A stretch of DNA of 64,000 bases from Eimeria praecox. Taxonomy: Eukaryota. The stretch lies in contig OY986950.1 of NCBI GenBank assembly GCA_963920595.1, forward strand, positions 1 through 64,000, given 5' to 3'. The notes under the pieces were generated by a model that made no database searches, was not told where the DNA came from, and saw only the letters and a list, made by a program, of their open reading frames with translations. Both the position numbers and the translations under genes were made by a program. Below, one piece after another: positions 14,167-26,600 of the stretch (its first letter is position 1; each line of letters begins with the position of its first letter).

Positions 14167-17100
14167 AGCGGTACGGAAGAGTCGAGCAAATGCCTATCGT
14201 GCGACAGGAAAGCTAGATGGCGTATCACAAAAATACAGTGCATTGCAAACATCTAGCTGACTATCTGAACACAGTAGCTTAATGCCACCTTCGTCTGCCA
14301 ACTGGTTTGCTTGACAACATCAACTGTAGTGACTTGCTTCATTTTAAATGCGGACTCACGAGCTAAGGCAGTGCGAAAAGACCACAGCACGTACAGAGAA
14401 CTGAGTGGCTACCGCTGATAGCAGATTCGGTTCAGATCGTTACATTCGACCACGCCGAGACTCATCGGTGCACCTGAAGCATAGTATTCTTCACCTGCTA
14501 ACGAACATCTTAATGCCAGCCTTAGCCTTCTTCCCAGCTATTGCCAAATAGCCACAATGCTCATGGCCGCCCCTACACTGGCTTGCTGCAATTTAATAGC
14601 ATGGCATATGAGTTACAGCAGAAGAATGTTCGGCATGGAAGTGCATCTGCATTCACTCTAGCCCACGGAAGCCCACAAGCCAGATATGAGACTCTAACGT
14701 AACCTGGAGTTTCCCCACACAGAGGCCTGCATACTTGAAACCCAAGAAAGGTGTATTAAGCACAGTAAAATGCGTGGCAGATTTTTGCCGAGCTGTTTTT
14801 CGTACGTCCCACTGCACACGTCACTTACATACTGTTTTTTCAGGAATGCCACAAGCAGGGCTGGCAGGCAATGAAGCTGTAAACTCTCACATGCTTGCCT
14901 ACGCTACATGCACGACTTTCTGCAGGTTGCCGACAAGCGTCTGAAGATGCATGGTTTCCTTTGCATTTGGCAGGGGAAGGTTGACTCAGCTTCACACAAA
15001 CGCATTGCTTTTCTCCTTGCTTAGAATTCATTTGGTGCCATCGTGCCACTGCCAAAACGGCATCCGCAATCGACTAAGACCCCATGCACCACAATTAGAA
15101 GCCCTCCAGTGCCATTCATTCGAGTAGAAGGCAGAAACTGCGGCCAACGCTCGCCAGCTCCATGCACCGGTTCAGGCTGTGAGCAACCACAACGCACGTC
15201 CTGAGCAAAAGGATGTTATGCTGTTTTGCAGTTTCCATGAGCCGATGCATATACACCGATTCCCTGCTGCAAGTGGGCGCTTGAGCAACGAGCAGCTGTA
15301 CGCCGCTTCCCTGAAACGCCTCAACGGACATTTCATAACCCTGCCCTGCACGGAGATCCACTCAAACCACCCAGCAGATAGCAGAGAGATCCGGCAGTCC
15401 CACACCAACCAAGTGTACGCACGCCAAAGCATATGACCATGAGCATCAAGACTAATAATCCCATCATAGCCTTCAGCGCACGAAATGCTTGACTGGCACA
15501 CGGTTTGACCGTTCAGCACATGCCGGATTCGAATGCCTAATTGAATTTGCTATTAACGTATCTGCACCAAAGCACGGACCCGCAGGCCTTTGGCTCACAA
15601 ACCAAATGCAACATACCCACTGCGTTGTATGGTACGCCTTGAAATGCGCAGAATACCAGCATCCTCTAAGACATTCCTTCCTGGACAGGAAAACAGGCAA
15701 TACTCGCTTGCCTATCAGACTGGCCATACAATGCCCAGCCGGCACATGAACGTACGGCACACTCCAGTGCACTACAAAGCCTTGAATACCCGCAAACTAC
15801 AAGCTGCAGCTGCAGAAGGTCCCCAGGTATTCCTGCACATGCAATTATGTACCTCATACCAAACAGCAGCATGCCATCGCGTCCGCTGAAAAGCAAACCC
15901 TGCCACACGTCGAACCTCAACGCATGCAAACGCCGCATCATGGACGAGACACAAAGTGCCAGGAATTAATTGCTCTATAGCGCTGGGCGTCGCGTGCCAC
16001 CTCGAATACTTGACAAGGAGAATGTGAAGGCCCAACACAAGCCTGAGAAGAGCACATCAGTCATTTGTGAAGGCCGTTCTGAGCTGCATCTACACAAACC
16101 TGGTGCATGATGCATCTCCCGGTACCTGCAAGGTGCAGCATTGTGAATGCACCAATTGCAGGTATCCAAGGGCTACCACCACCCAAGCTGCCTGTGCTGC
16201 GCGTTTCGTCCAGCTCTCCTATCCTGTTTCAACCTTAATCCTTTGCTTTAGTATAACTGGTAGATCACCCTGCCTCCAGATGCAGCAATAAGCGGATTGC
16301 AAATATGCACTCAGCGTACAACCTTTACAGCATTTATATACCCAAGACTGACTGGCAGTGCCTAGTTTCTAGGATAGCCAGAAGCCCTCAGTGGCATTTC
16401 AAGGAGCATCATTCTGCTGCGTGTTACAAGCTCAGTTAAACATGTATAAAACAACAGATTGTCACACCATGTGGATCGAGACCCCATGCACCACAATTAG
16501 AAGCCCTTCACTGGGCCTGTGATTGCGCGGTTCTTTAGCCATTCATACTGTGTAGCCTATGTGTCATACACCTCTTGTGATGAATGGCAAGTGCATAGGG
16601 CATTCCGATAATCGTGAGCAACTTGCTACCAACTGGCCCCTAGCGGCGAGCTGCAGCACAACACCCCTCCCCTACCAACGCAGCCACAAGGCAACCCAAC
16701 TACAGAAACCACCTCCGGTGTACTGAAGAGGCAAACTATTAAAAAGGCAAGCTGCCAAAGCAAGCTGCCTACGGGGGAATACTAACATATACGAGTTTGA
16801 AAAGAATTTGCTCGAGGTCCAGTTGCGCAGTGTCTCGTGAGAACATAGTACCGGATGCACCCTTTATTCCAGACAAGCAGCCAGGCCTCTCGCTTGCTGG
16901 AGTACCCCGTCTTACGGCAGCCTCCCATTTAGCCGAGTAGAAGGCAGAAACTGCGGCCAACGCTTGCCAGCTCCATGCCCCCGTTCAGGCTGTGACCAAC
17001 CACAACGCACGTTCTGAGCAAAAGGATGATATGCGTTTTTGCAGTTTCCGTGAGCTGATGCATATACACCGATTCCCTGCTGCAAGTGGGCGCTTGAGCA

Positions 17101-18237
17101 ACGAGCAGTTGCATGCCGCGTCCCTGAAACGCCTCAACGGACACTTCATAACCCTGCCCTGCACGGAGATCCACTCAAACCACCCAGCAGATAGCAGAGA
17201 GATCCGGCAGTCCCACACCAACCAAGTGTACGCACGCCAAAGCATATGACCATGAACATCAAGACTAATAATCCCATCATAGCCTTCAGCGCATGAAATG
17301 CTTGACTGGCACACGGTTTGACCGTTCAGCACATGCCGGATTCGAATGCCTAATTGAATTTGCTGTTAACTTATCTGCACCAAAGCACGGACCCGCAGGC
17401 CTTTGGCTCACAAACCAAATGCAACATACCCACTGCGTTATATGGTACGCCTTGAAATGCGCAGAATATCAGCATCCTCTAAGACATTCCTTGCTGGACA
17501 GGAAAACAGGCAATACTCGCTTTCCTATCAGACTGGTCATACAATGCCCAGCCGGCACATGAACGTACGGCACACTCCAGTGCACTACAAAGCCTTGAAT
17601 ACCCGCAAACTACAAGCTGCAGCTGCAGAAGGTCCCCAGGTATTCCTGCACATGCAATTATGTACCTCATACCAAACAGCAGCATGCCATCGCGTCCGCT
17701 GAAAAGCAAACCCTGCCACACGTCGAACCTCAACGCATGCAAACGCCGCATCATGGACGAGACACAAAGTGCCAGGAATTAATTGCTCTACAGCGCTGGG
17801 CATCGCGTGCCACCTCGAATACTTGACAAGGAGAATACGAAGGCCCAACACAAGCCTGAGAAGAGCACATCAGTCCTTTGTGAAAGCCGTTCTGAGCTGC
17901 ATCTACACAAACCTGGTGCATGATGCATCTCCCGTTGCCTGCAAGGTGCAGCATTGTGAATGCACCAATTGCAGGTATCCAAGGGCTACCACCACCCAAG
18001 CTGCCTGTGCTGCGCGTTTCGTCCAGCTCTCCTATCCTGTTTCAACCTTAATCCTTTGGAGTAGTATAAGTGGTAGATCACCCTGCCTCCAGATGAAGCG
18101 ATGGACGGATTGCAAATATGCACTCAGCGTACAAGCTTTACAGCATTTATATACCCAAGATTGACTGGCAGTGCCTGGTTTCTAGGATAGCCAGAAGCCC
18201 TCAGTGGCATTGCAAGGAGCAGCATTCTGCCGCGTGT
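14167..18237 (+). repeat. Segmental duplication, copy 2 (longer copy)
   Basis: Near-identical to 9905-12842, plus an extra 1133 bp (14820-15952). Confidence 0.95.
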
Positions 18238-18280
18238 AACAGGCTTAACTATACATGCATAAAACAACGGATGGTCGCGT
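15077..18280 (+). repeat. Tandem duplication with 1813-bp period; the first copy lacks ~411 bp
   Basis: 15121 onward matches 16934 onward (ORF pairs 15172/16985, 15590/17403, 15975/17788). AGACCCCATGCACCACAATTAGAAGCCC occurs at ~15077 and ~16479, only 1402 apart. Confidence 0.92.
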
Positions 18281-18780
18281 CGTGTGCACATGTGGAAGGA
18301 GAAAACGAGAATCGACAGTAGCTGCAAACTGCAACCGCCTCTGTTCCTAATTTCCCTCTTCGTCTTACTCCTCGACAGATAATACATAGCCTGCAATCCC
18401 GACGCCACAGTCAGCGGTGAAGCCGCCCACCCCACTATGTTGCCACTAGGCATAGAGTGTCCTTCAGCGCTGATACATCTGCACGCAAAACCCTAAAACG
18501 TTCCACGCTAGGAGGCAAGTGGAGCCGCACCTGTGCAAAGGTGCCTCGTAGCGCGCGTACTCCCTTAGACACAAAAATACCCTTACAAACGCACGCCGCA
18601 TACCTGTTCGCCTTCCCGTAGGTTTGCTGCCCCCAACGCGTCGTACACAGATACAGGATTGCATTACGCCCACGGGCAACGCGTCGGTACACAAACGCAC
18701 CAATACATTCTCCATGCAAAGCATGCCTCCGTTAGCGGCAAAGGGCGCACTGCCACACGCCGTCCACCACGTACACATTT

Positions 18781-18920
18781 TAGCGCCTGGTGAATCAAGC
18801 GCTGCTCAATGAGCCATACCAATCACCCAACCCCCCATCAACGCATTAAGTAGAGCCTGCTGAATCAAGCTCTGCTCCATGAGCCATACCAACCATCCAA
18901 TCCCCCACCAACGCACTACA
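18781..18920 (+). repeat. 70-bp tandem duplication, 2 copies
   Basis: 18781-18850 versus 18851-18920 align without gaps, with 11 mismatches in 70 by hand count. Confidence 0.93.
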
Positions 18921-19210
18921 GAAGGATAACCTTGCTGCTGCACGCCTGAAGCAGCCAAAATATGTCGCCTCTCATCCTGTTGCTTGACAAACCATTCAAT
19001 CTGCAAGGCACCAGCTCAAAGCCAAGAAATGCCACCGGCCCGCAGTGCCCTCCCCGCGGTTAGCGCCGCCTAACGTTGGCACTTGCTGCCGAACCTACTC
19101 TCTAGTGCAGAACAAAGCCCTTTACAGCATAAGACAAGCTAGCTCTTAAATTCTGTATAAGGTCCACTTTTAGCACAAGCCACCAAAAATGCAGCATTGC
19201 ATTTTCCCCT

Positions 19211-19345
19211 ACGCCATCCATGGTCACGCCATTACACAAAGGCCTCCGGCGTGGAATCCCGTGCCACAGTTGCAAATACTCCGCCTGTCGCCACTCACCT
19301 CCAAACACATACACTCCGAATATGCTAAGCACCAACCATACAAAG
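19211..19345 (+). repeat. Diverged relic of the ~910-bp repeat family on the left flank of the satellite
   Basis: Ungapped alignment to 62451-62570 at offset 43240: 71/120 overall, 16/20 at 19211-19230 and 31/40 at 19291-19330. Confidence 0.75.
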
Positions 19346-19423
19346 CCTTCCCTCAGAAACGTTCCAAACAAACCGCACACGAACCATTTGGCCTTTACCC
19401 TGCGCGCCCCACACAATTCAATG

Positions 19424-19439
19424 GATGCATCTCGATCGA
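19424..19439. promoter_or_regulatory. Two abutting 8-bp palindromes GATGCATC-TCGATCGA (first instance; one per satellite unit); candidate protein-binding site
   Basis: Seen directly in the sequence and retained in the units inspected across the array. A regulatory role is inference only. Confidence 0.3.
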
Positions 19440-19679
19440 CACCTGCTACAACTCCTCCCAGCCCTCATACCAAACTCTAAACTCATCACCGCTGACGCAC
19501 GGCCATGCCAAAATTCAACAAATCCAGCACCGGACAGTCTAAACGGCCCTACTAACACACCGCTATCCACGCCCAAAAGACTGTTACGCCAACGCAGTAC
19601 CCCCACAACTCAACGTCACATGACCTCCGCGCCTCATATCCATACTCACTCATGCCCTACACTATGCAATACCGTCACA

Positions 19680-19689
19680 CTGCATGCAG
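19680..19689. promoter_or_regulatory. 10-bp palindrome CTGCATGCAG containing TGCATGCA (first instance; one per satellite unit); candidate ApiAP2-type site
   Basis: Present in every unit inspected, through to the last at ~61538. TGCATGCA is a known ApiAP2-bound and over-represented non-coding motif in apicomplexans. Its relevance depends on the unconfirmed taxon. Confidence 0.35.
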
Positions 19690-20141
19690 ATCAATAAAAG
19701 ACACACTCGCTGCTGCAAACCAACAACAAACAAAATACGTCGCCTCCCATCACCAACCAACCCATCCTACAACCCGCCACACACCAACTCCCAGACGCCC
19801 ACACATACTACCACAGAAACCCACTGACACTTGGCGTGGGCAAAACAATTCCCTCAGCAGCATTCCAAACAAACCGCACACGAACCATTTGGCCTTTACC
19901 CTGCGAGCCCCACAATTCAATGGGTGCACCTCGATCGACACCTGCTACAACTCCTCCCAGCCCTCATATCAAACTCTCTAAACATCACCCCTGACCCACG
20001 GCCATGCCAACCCTCAACAAATCCAGCACCGGACATTCTAAACGGCCCTACTAACACACCGCTATCCACGCCCAAAAGACTGTTACGCCAACGCAGAACT
20101 CAACGTCACATGACCTCCGCGCCTCATATCCATACTTACTC

Positions 20142-20613
20142 ATGCCCTACACTATGCAATACCGTCACACTGCATGCAGATCAATAAAAGACACACTTGC
20201 TGCTGCAAACCCACAACAAACAAAATACTTCGCCTCCCATCACCAACCAACCCATCCTAAACCCATGCCACTGCTGCAATCACTCCACTCACTGCCACTC
20301 ACTCGCCTTCGACAAAACAATTCCCTCAGCAGCATTCCAAACAAACCGCACACGAACCATTTGGCCTTTACCCTGCGCGCACCACAATTCAATGGATGCA
20401 TCTCGATCGACACCTGCTACAACTCCTCCCAGCCCTCATATCAAACTCTCTAAACATCGCCCCTGACGCACGGCCATGCCAACCTTCAACAAATCCAGCA
20501 CCGGACAGTCTAAACGGCCCTACTAACACACCGCTATCCACGCCCAACAGACTGTTACGCCAACGCAGAACTCAACGTCACGCGACCTCCGCGCCTCATA
20601 TTCATACGCATTC
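20142..20613 (+). repeat. Short satellite unit (472 bp), internal deletion variant
   Basis: CCCATCCT joins directly to AAACCCATGCC at 20251-20269. Confidence 0.95.
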
Positions 20614-23600
20614 ATGCTCTACACTATGCAATACCGTCACACTGCATGCAGATCAATAAAAGACACACTTGCTGCTGCAAACCAACAACAAACAAAATAC
20701 GTCGCCTCCCATCATCAACCAACTCTTCCTACAACCCGCCACACACCAACGCCCAGACGCCCACACAGACAATCACACAAGCCCACAACAAAATGCAACA
20801 CAACCGTATCCCCCTACAAGCTACCATACGCACTTCCTTTAGCGCACACATGCCCTCCCCAACACATTCCACACTCCACCGCCCACTCAACAACCGTTGC
20901 TATAACCCCAAAAAACGATCCTCAGCACCCATCATCACATTTTCTCGTGCACCAACCATCAACACGCAAACACAAATTAAAACCCTCCGAGCAAACCCAT
21001 GCAAATGCTGCAATCACTCCACTCACTGCCACTCACTCGCCTTCGACAAAACAATTCCCTCAGCAGCATTCCAAACAAACCGCACACGAACCATTTGGCC
21101 TTTACCCTGCGCGCCCCACACAATTCAATGGATGCATCTCGATCGACACCTGCTACAACTCCTCCCAGCCCTCATATCAAACTCTCTAAACATCGCCCCT
21201 GACGCACGGCCATGCCAACCCTCAACAAATCCAGCACCGGACAGTCTAAACGGCCCTACTAACACACCGCTATCCACGCCCAAAAGACTGTTACGCCAAC
21301 GCAGAACTCAACGTCACATGACCTCCGCGCCTCATATCCATACTCATTCATGCCCTACACTATGCAATACCGTCACACTGCATGCAGATCAATAAAAGAC
21401 ACACTTCCTGCTGCAAACCAACAACAAACAAAGTACTTCGCCTCCATCACCAACCAGCCCATCCTACAAACCGCCACACACCAACTCCCAGACGCCCACA
21501 CAGACAATCACACAAGCCCACAACAAAATGCAACACAACCTTATCCCCACCCAAGCTACCATACGCACTTCCTTTAGCGCACGCATGCCCTCCCCAACAC
21601 ATTCCACACTCCATCGCCCACTCAACAACCGTTGCGATCCCCCCAAAAAACGATCCTCAGCACCCATCATCACATTTTCTCGTGCACCAACCATCAACAC
21701 GCAAACACAAATTAAAACCCTCCGAGCAAACCCATGCCACTGCTGCAATCACTCCACTCACTGCCACTCACTCGCCTTCGACAAAACAATTCCCTCAGCA
21801 GCATTCCAAACAAACCGCACACGAACCATTTGGCCTTTACCCTGCGCGCCCCACAATTCAATGGATGCATCTCGATCGACACCTGCTACAACTCCTCCCA
21901 GCCCTCATGTCAAACTCTCTAAACATCACCCCTGACCCACGGCCATGCCAACCTTCAACAAATCCAGCACCGGACAGTCTAAACGGCCCTACTAACACAC
22001 CGCTATCCACGCCCAAAAGACTGTTACGCCAACGCAGTACCCCCACAACTCAACGTCACATGACCTCCGCGCCTCATATCCATACTCACTCATGCCCTAC
22101 ACTATGCAATACCGTCACACTGCATGCAGATCAATAAAAGACACACTCGCTGCTGCAAACCAACAACAAACAAAATACGTCGCCTCCCATCACCAACCAA
22201 CCCATCCTACAAACCGCCACACACCAACTCCCAGACGCCCACACGCACAATCACACAATCCAACAACAAAATGCAACACAACCTTATCCCCCTACAAGCT
22301 ACCATACGCACTTCCTTTAGCACACGCATGCCCTCCCCAACACATTCCACACTCCATCGCCCACTCAACAACCCTTGCGATCCCCCCAAAAAACGATCCT
22401 CAGCACCCATCATCACATTTTCTCGTGCACCAACCATCAACACGCAAACACAAATTAAAACCCTCCGAGCAAACCCATGCCACTGCTGCAATCACTCCAC
22501 TCACTGCCACTCACTCGCCTTCGACAAAACAATTCCCTCAGCAGCATTCCAAACAAACCGCACACGAACCATTTGGCCTTTACCCTGCGCGCCCCACAAT
22601 TCAATGGATGCATCTCGATCGACACCTGCTACAACTCCTCCCAGCCCTCATATCAAACTCTCTAAGCATCGCCCCTGACGCACGGCCATGCCACAATTCA
22701 ACAAATCCAGCACCGGACAGTCTAAACGGCCCTACTAACACACCGCTATCCACGCCCAACAGACTGTTACGCCTCCGCAGAACTCAACGTCACATGACTT
22801 CCGCGCATCATATCCATACTCATTCATGCCCTGCACTATGCAATGCCGTCACACTGCATGCAGATCAATAAAAGACACACTTGCTGCTGCAAACCAACAA
22901 CAAACAAAATACTTCGCCTCCCATCATCAACCAACCCATCCTACAACCCGTCACACACCAACTCCCAGACCCCCACACAGACAATCACACAAGCCCACAA
23001 CCAATTGCAACAGAACCGTATCCCCATCCAAGCTACCATACGCACTTCCTTTAGCGCACACATGCCCTCCCCAACACATTCCACACTCCATCGCCCACTC
23101 AACAACCGTTGCGAGCCCCCCAAAAGACGATCCTCAGCACCCATCATCACATTTTCTCGTGCACCAACCATCAACACGCAAACACAAATTAAAACCCTCC
23201 GAGCAAACCCATGCAAATGCTGCAATCACTCCACTCACTGCCACTCACTCGCCTTCGACAAAACAATTCCCTCAGCAGCATTCCAAACAAACCGCACACG
23301 AACCATTTGGCCTTTACCCTGCGCGCCCCACAATTCAATGGATGCATCTCGATCGACACCTGCTACAACTCCTCCCAGCCCTCATGTCAAACTCTCTAAA
23401 CATCACCCCTGACCCACGGCCATGCCAACCTTCAACAAATCCAGCACCGGACAGTCTAAACGGCCCTACTAACACACCGCTATCCACGCCCAAAAGACTG
23501 TTACGCCAACGCAGTACCCCCACAACTCCACGTCACATGACCTCCGCGCCTCATATCCATACTCACTCATGCCCTACACTATGCAATACCGTCACACTGC

Positions 23601-26600
23601 ATGCAGATCAATAAAAGACACACTCGCTGCTGCAAACCAACAACAAACAAAATACGTCGCCTCCCATCACCAACCAACCCATCCTACAAACCGCCACACA
23701 CCAACTCCCAGACGCCCACACGCACAATCACACAATCCAACAACAAAATGCAACACAACCTTATCCCCCTACAAGCTACCATACGCACTTCCTTTAGCAC
23801 ACGCATGCCCTCCCCAACACATTCCACACTCCATCGCCCACTCAACAACCCTTGCGATCCCCCCAAAAAACGATCCTCAGCACCCATCATCACATTTTCT
23901 CGTGCACCAACCATCAACACGCAAACACAAATTAAAACCCTCCGAGCAAACCCATGCCACTGCTGCAATCACTCCACTCACTGCCACTCACTCGCCTTCG
24001 ACAAAACAATTCCCTCAGCAGCATTCCAAACAAACCGCACACGAACCATTTGGCCTTTACCCTGCGCGCCCCACAATTCAATGGATGCATCTCGATCGAC
24101 ACCTGCTACAACTCCTCCCAGCCCTCATATCAAACTCTCTAAACATCGCCCCTGACGCACGGCCATGCCAACCTTCAACAAATCCAGCACCGGACAGTCT
24201 AAACGGCCCTACTAACACACCGCTATCCACGCCCAACAGACTGTTACGCCTCCGCAGAACTCAACGTCACATGACTTCCGCGCATCATATCCATACTCAT
24301 TCATGCCCTGCACTATGCAATGCCGTCACACTGCATGCAGATCAATAAAAGACACACTTGCTGCTGCAAACCAACAACAAACAAAATACTTCGCCTCCCA
24401 TCATCAACCAACCCATCCTACAACCCGTCACACACCAACTCCCAGACCCCCACACAGACAATCACACAAGCCCACAACAAAATGCAACACAACCTTATCC
24501 CCCTACAAGCTACCATACGCACTTCCTTTAGCGCACACATGCCCTCCCCAACACATTCCACACTCCATCGCCCACTCAACAACCGTTGCGAGCCCCCCAA
24601 AAGACGATCCTCAGCACCCATCATCACATTTTCTCGTGCACCAACCATCAACACGCAAACACAAATTAAAACCCTCCGAGCAAACCCATGCAAATGCTGC
24701 AATCACTCCACTCACTGCCACTCACTCGCCTTCGACAAAACAATTCCCTCAGCAGCATTCCAAACAAACCGCACACGAACCATTTGGCCTTTACCCTGCG
24801 CGCACCACAATTCAATGGATGCATCTCGATCGACACCTGCTACAACTCCTCCCAGCCCTCATATCAAACTCTCTAAACATCGCCCCTGACGCACGGCCAT
24901 GCCAACCCTCAACAAATCCAGCACCGCACATTCTAAACGGCCCTACTAACACACCGCTATCCACGCCCAAAAGACTGTTACGCCAACGCAGTACCCCCAC
25001 AACTCAACGTCACATGACCTCCGCGCCTCATATCCATACTCACTCATGCCCTACACTATGCAATACCGTCACACTGCATGCAGATCAATAAAAGACACAC
25101 TTCCTGCTGCAAACCAACAACAAACAAAATACTTCGCCTCCCATCATCAACCAACTCATCCTACAACCCGCCACACACCAACTCCCAGACGCCCACACAG
25201 ACAATCACACAAGCCCACAACAAAATGCAACACAACCTTATCCCCACCCAAGCTACCATACGCACTTCCTTTAGCGCACACATGCCCTCCCCAACACATT
25301 CCACACTCCATCGCCCACTCAACAACCGTTGCGATCCCCCCAAAAAACGATCCTCAGCACCCATCATCACATTTTCTCGTGCACCAACCATCAACACGCA
25401 AACACAAATTAAAACCCTCCGAGCAAACCCATGCCACTGCTGCAATCACTCCACTCACTGCCACTCACTCGCCTTCGACAAAACAATTCCCTCAGCAGCA
25501 TTCCAAACAAACCGCACACGAACCATTTGGCCTTTACCCTGCGCGCCCCACAATTCAATGGATGCATCTCGATCGACACCTGCTACAACTCCTCCCAGCC
25601 CTCATGTCAAACTCTCTAAACATCACCCCTGACCCACGGCCATGCCAACCTTCAACAAATCCAGCACCGGACAGTCTAAACGGCCCTACTAACACACCGC
25701 TATCCACGCCCAAAAGACTGTTACGCCAACGCAGTACCCCCACAACTCAACGTCACATGACCTCCGCGCCTCATATCCATACTCACTCATGCCCTACACT
25801 ATGCAATACCGTCACACTGCATGCAGATCAATAAAAGACACACTCGCTGCTGCAAACCAACAACAAACAAAATACGTCGCCTCCCATCACCAACCAACCC
25901 ATCCTACAAACCGCCACACACCAACTCCCAGACGCCCACACGCACAATCACACAATCCAACAACAAAATGCAACACAACCTTATCCCCCTACAAGCTACC
26001 ATACGCACTTCCTTTAGCACACGCATGCCCTCCCCAACACATTCCACACTCCATCGCCCACTCAACAACCCTTGCGATCCCCCCAAAAAACGATCCTCAG
26101 CACCCATCATCACATTTTCTCGTGCACCAACCATCAACACGCAAACACAAATTAAAACCCTCCGAGCAAACCCATGCCACTGCTGCAATCACTCCACTCA
26201 CTGCCACTCACTCGCCTTCGACAAAACAATTCCCTCAGCAGCATTCCAAACAAACCGCACACGAACCATTTGGCCTTTACCCTGCGCGCCCCACAATTCA
26301 ATGGATGCATCTCGATCGACACCTGCTACAACTCCTCCCAGCCCTCATATCAAACTCTCTAAGCATCGCCCCTGACGCACGGCCATGCCACAATTCAACA
26401 AATCCAGCACCGGACAGTCTAAACGGCCCTACTAACACACCGCTATCCACGCCCAACAGACTGTTACGCCTCCGCAGAACTCAACGTCACATGACTTCCG
26501 CGCATCATATCCATACTCATTCATGCCCTGCACTATGCAATGCCGTCACACTGCATGCAGATCAATAAAAGACACACTTGCTGCTGCAAACCAACAACAA

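Noticed and set aside
11590..17702. 85, 99 and 115 aa ORFs preserved in three copies
   Set aside because: Preservation is explained by recent duplication. They use non-ATG starts, overlap ORFs on the opposite strand and show no recognisable domain.
18488..18497. Isolated AAACCCTAAA near the compositional boundary (also CCTAAACC at ~7843)
   Set aside because: A single unit is too little to call an interstitial telomere or healing scar.
19693..19698. AATAAA just after CTGCATGCAG in each unit, as a poly(A) signal
   Set aside because: It is expected by chance on an A-rich strand, and there is no evidence of a transcript or a downstream GU-rich element.
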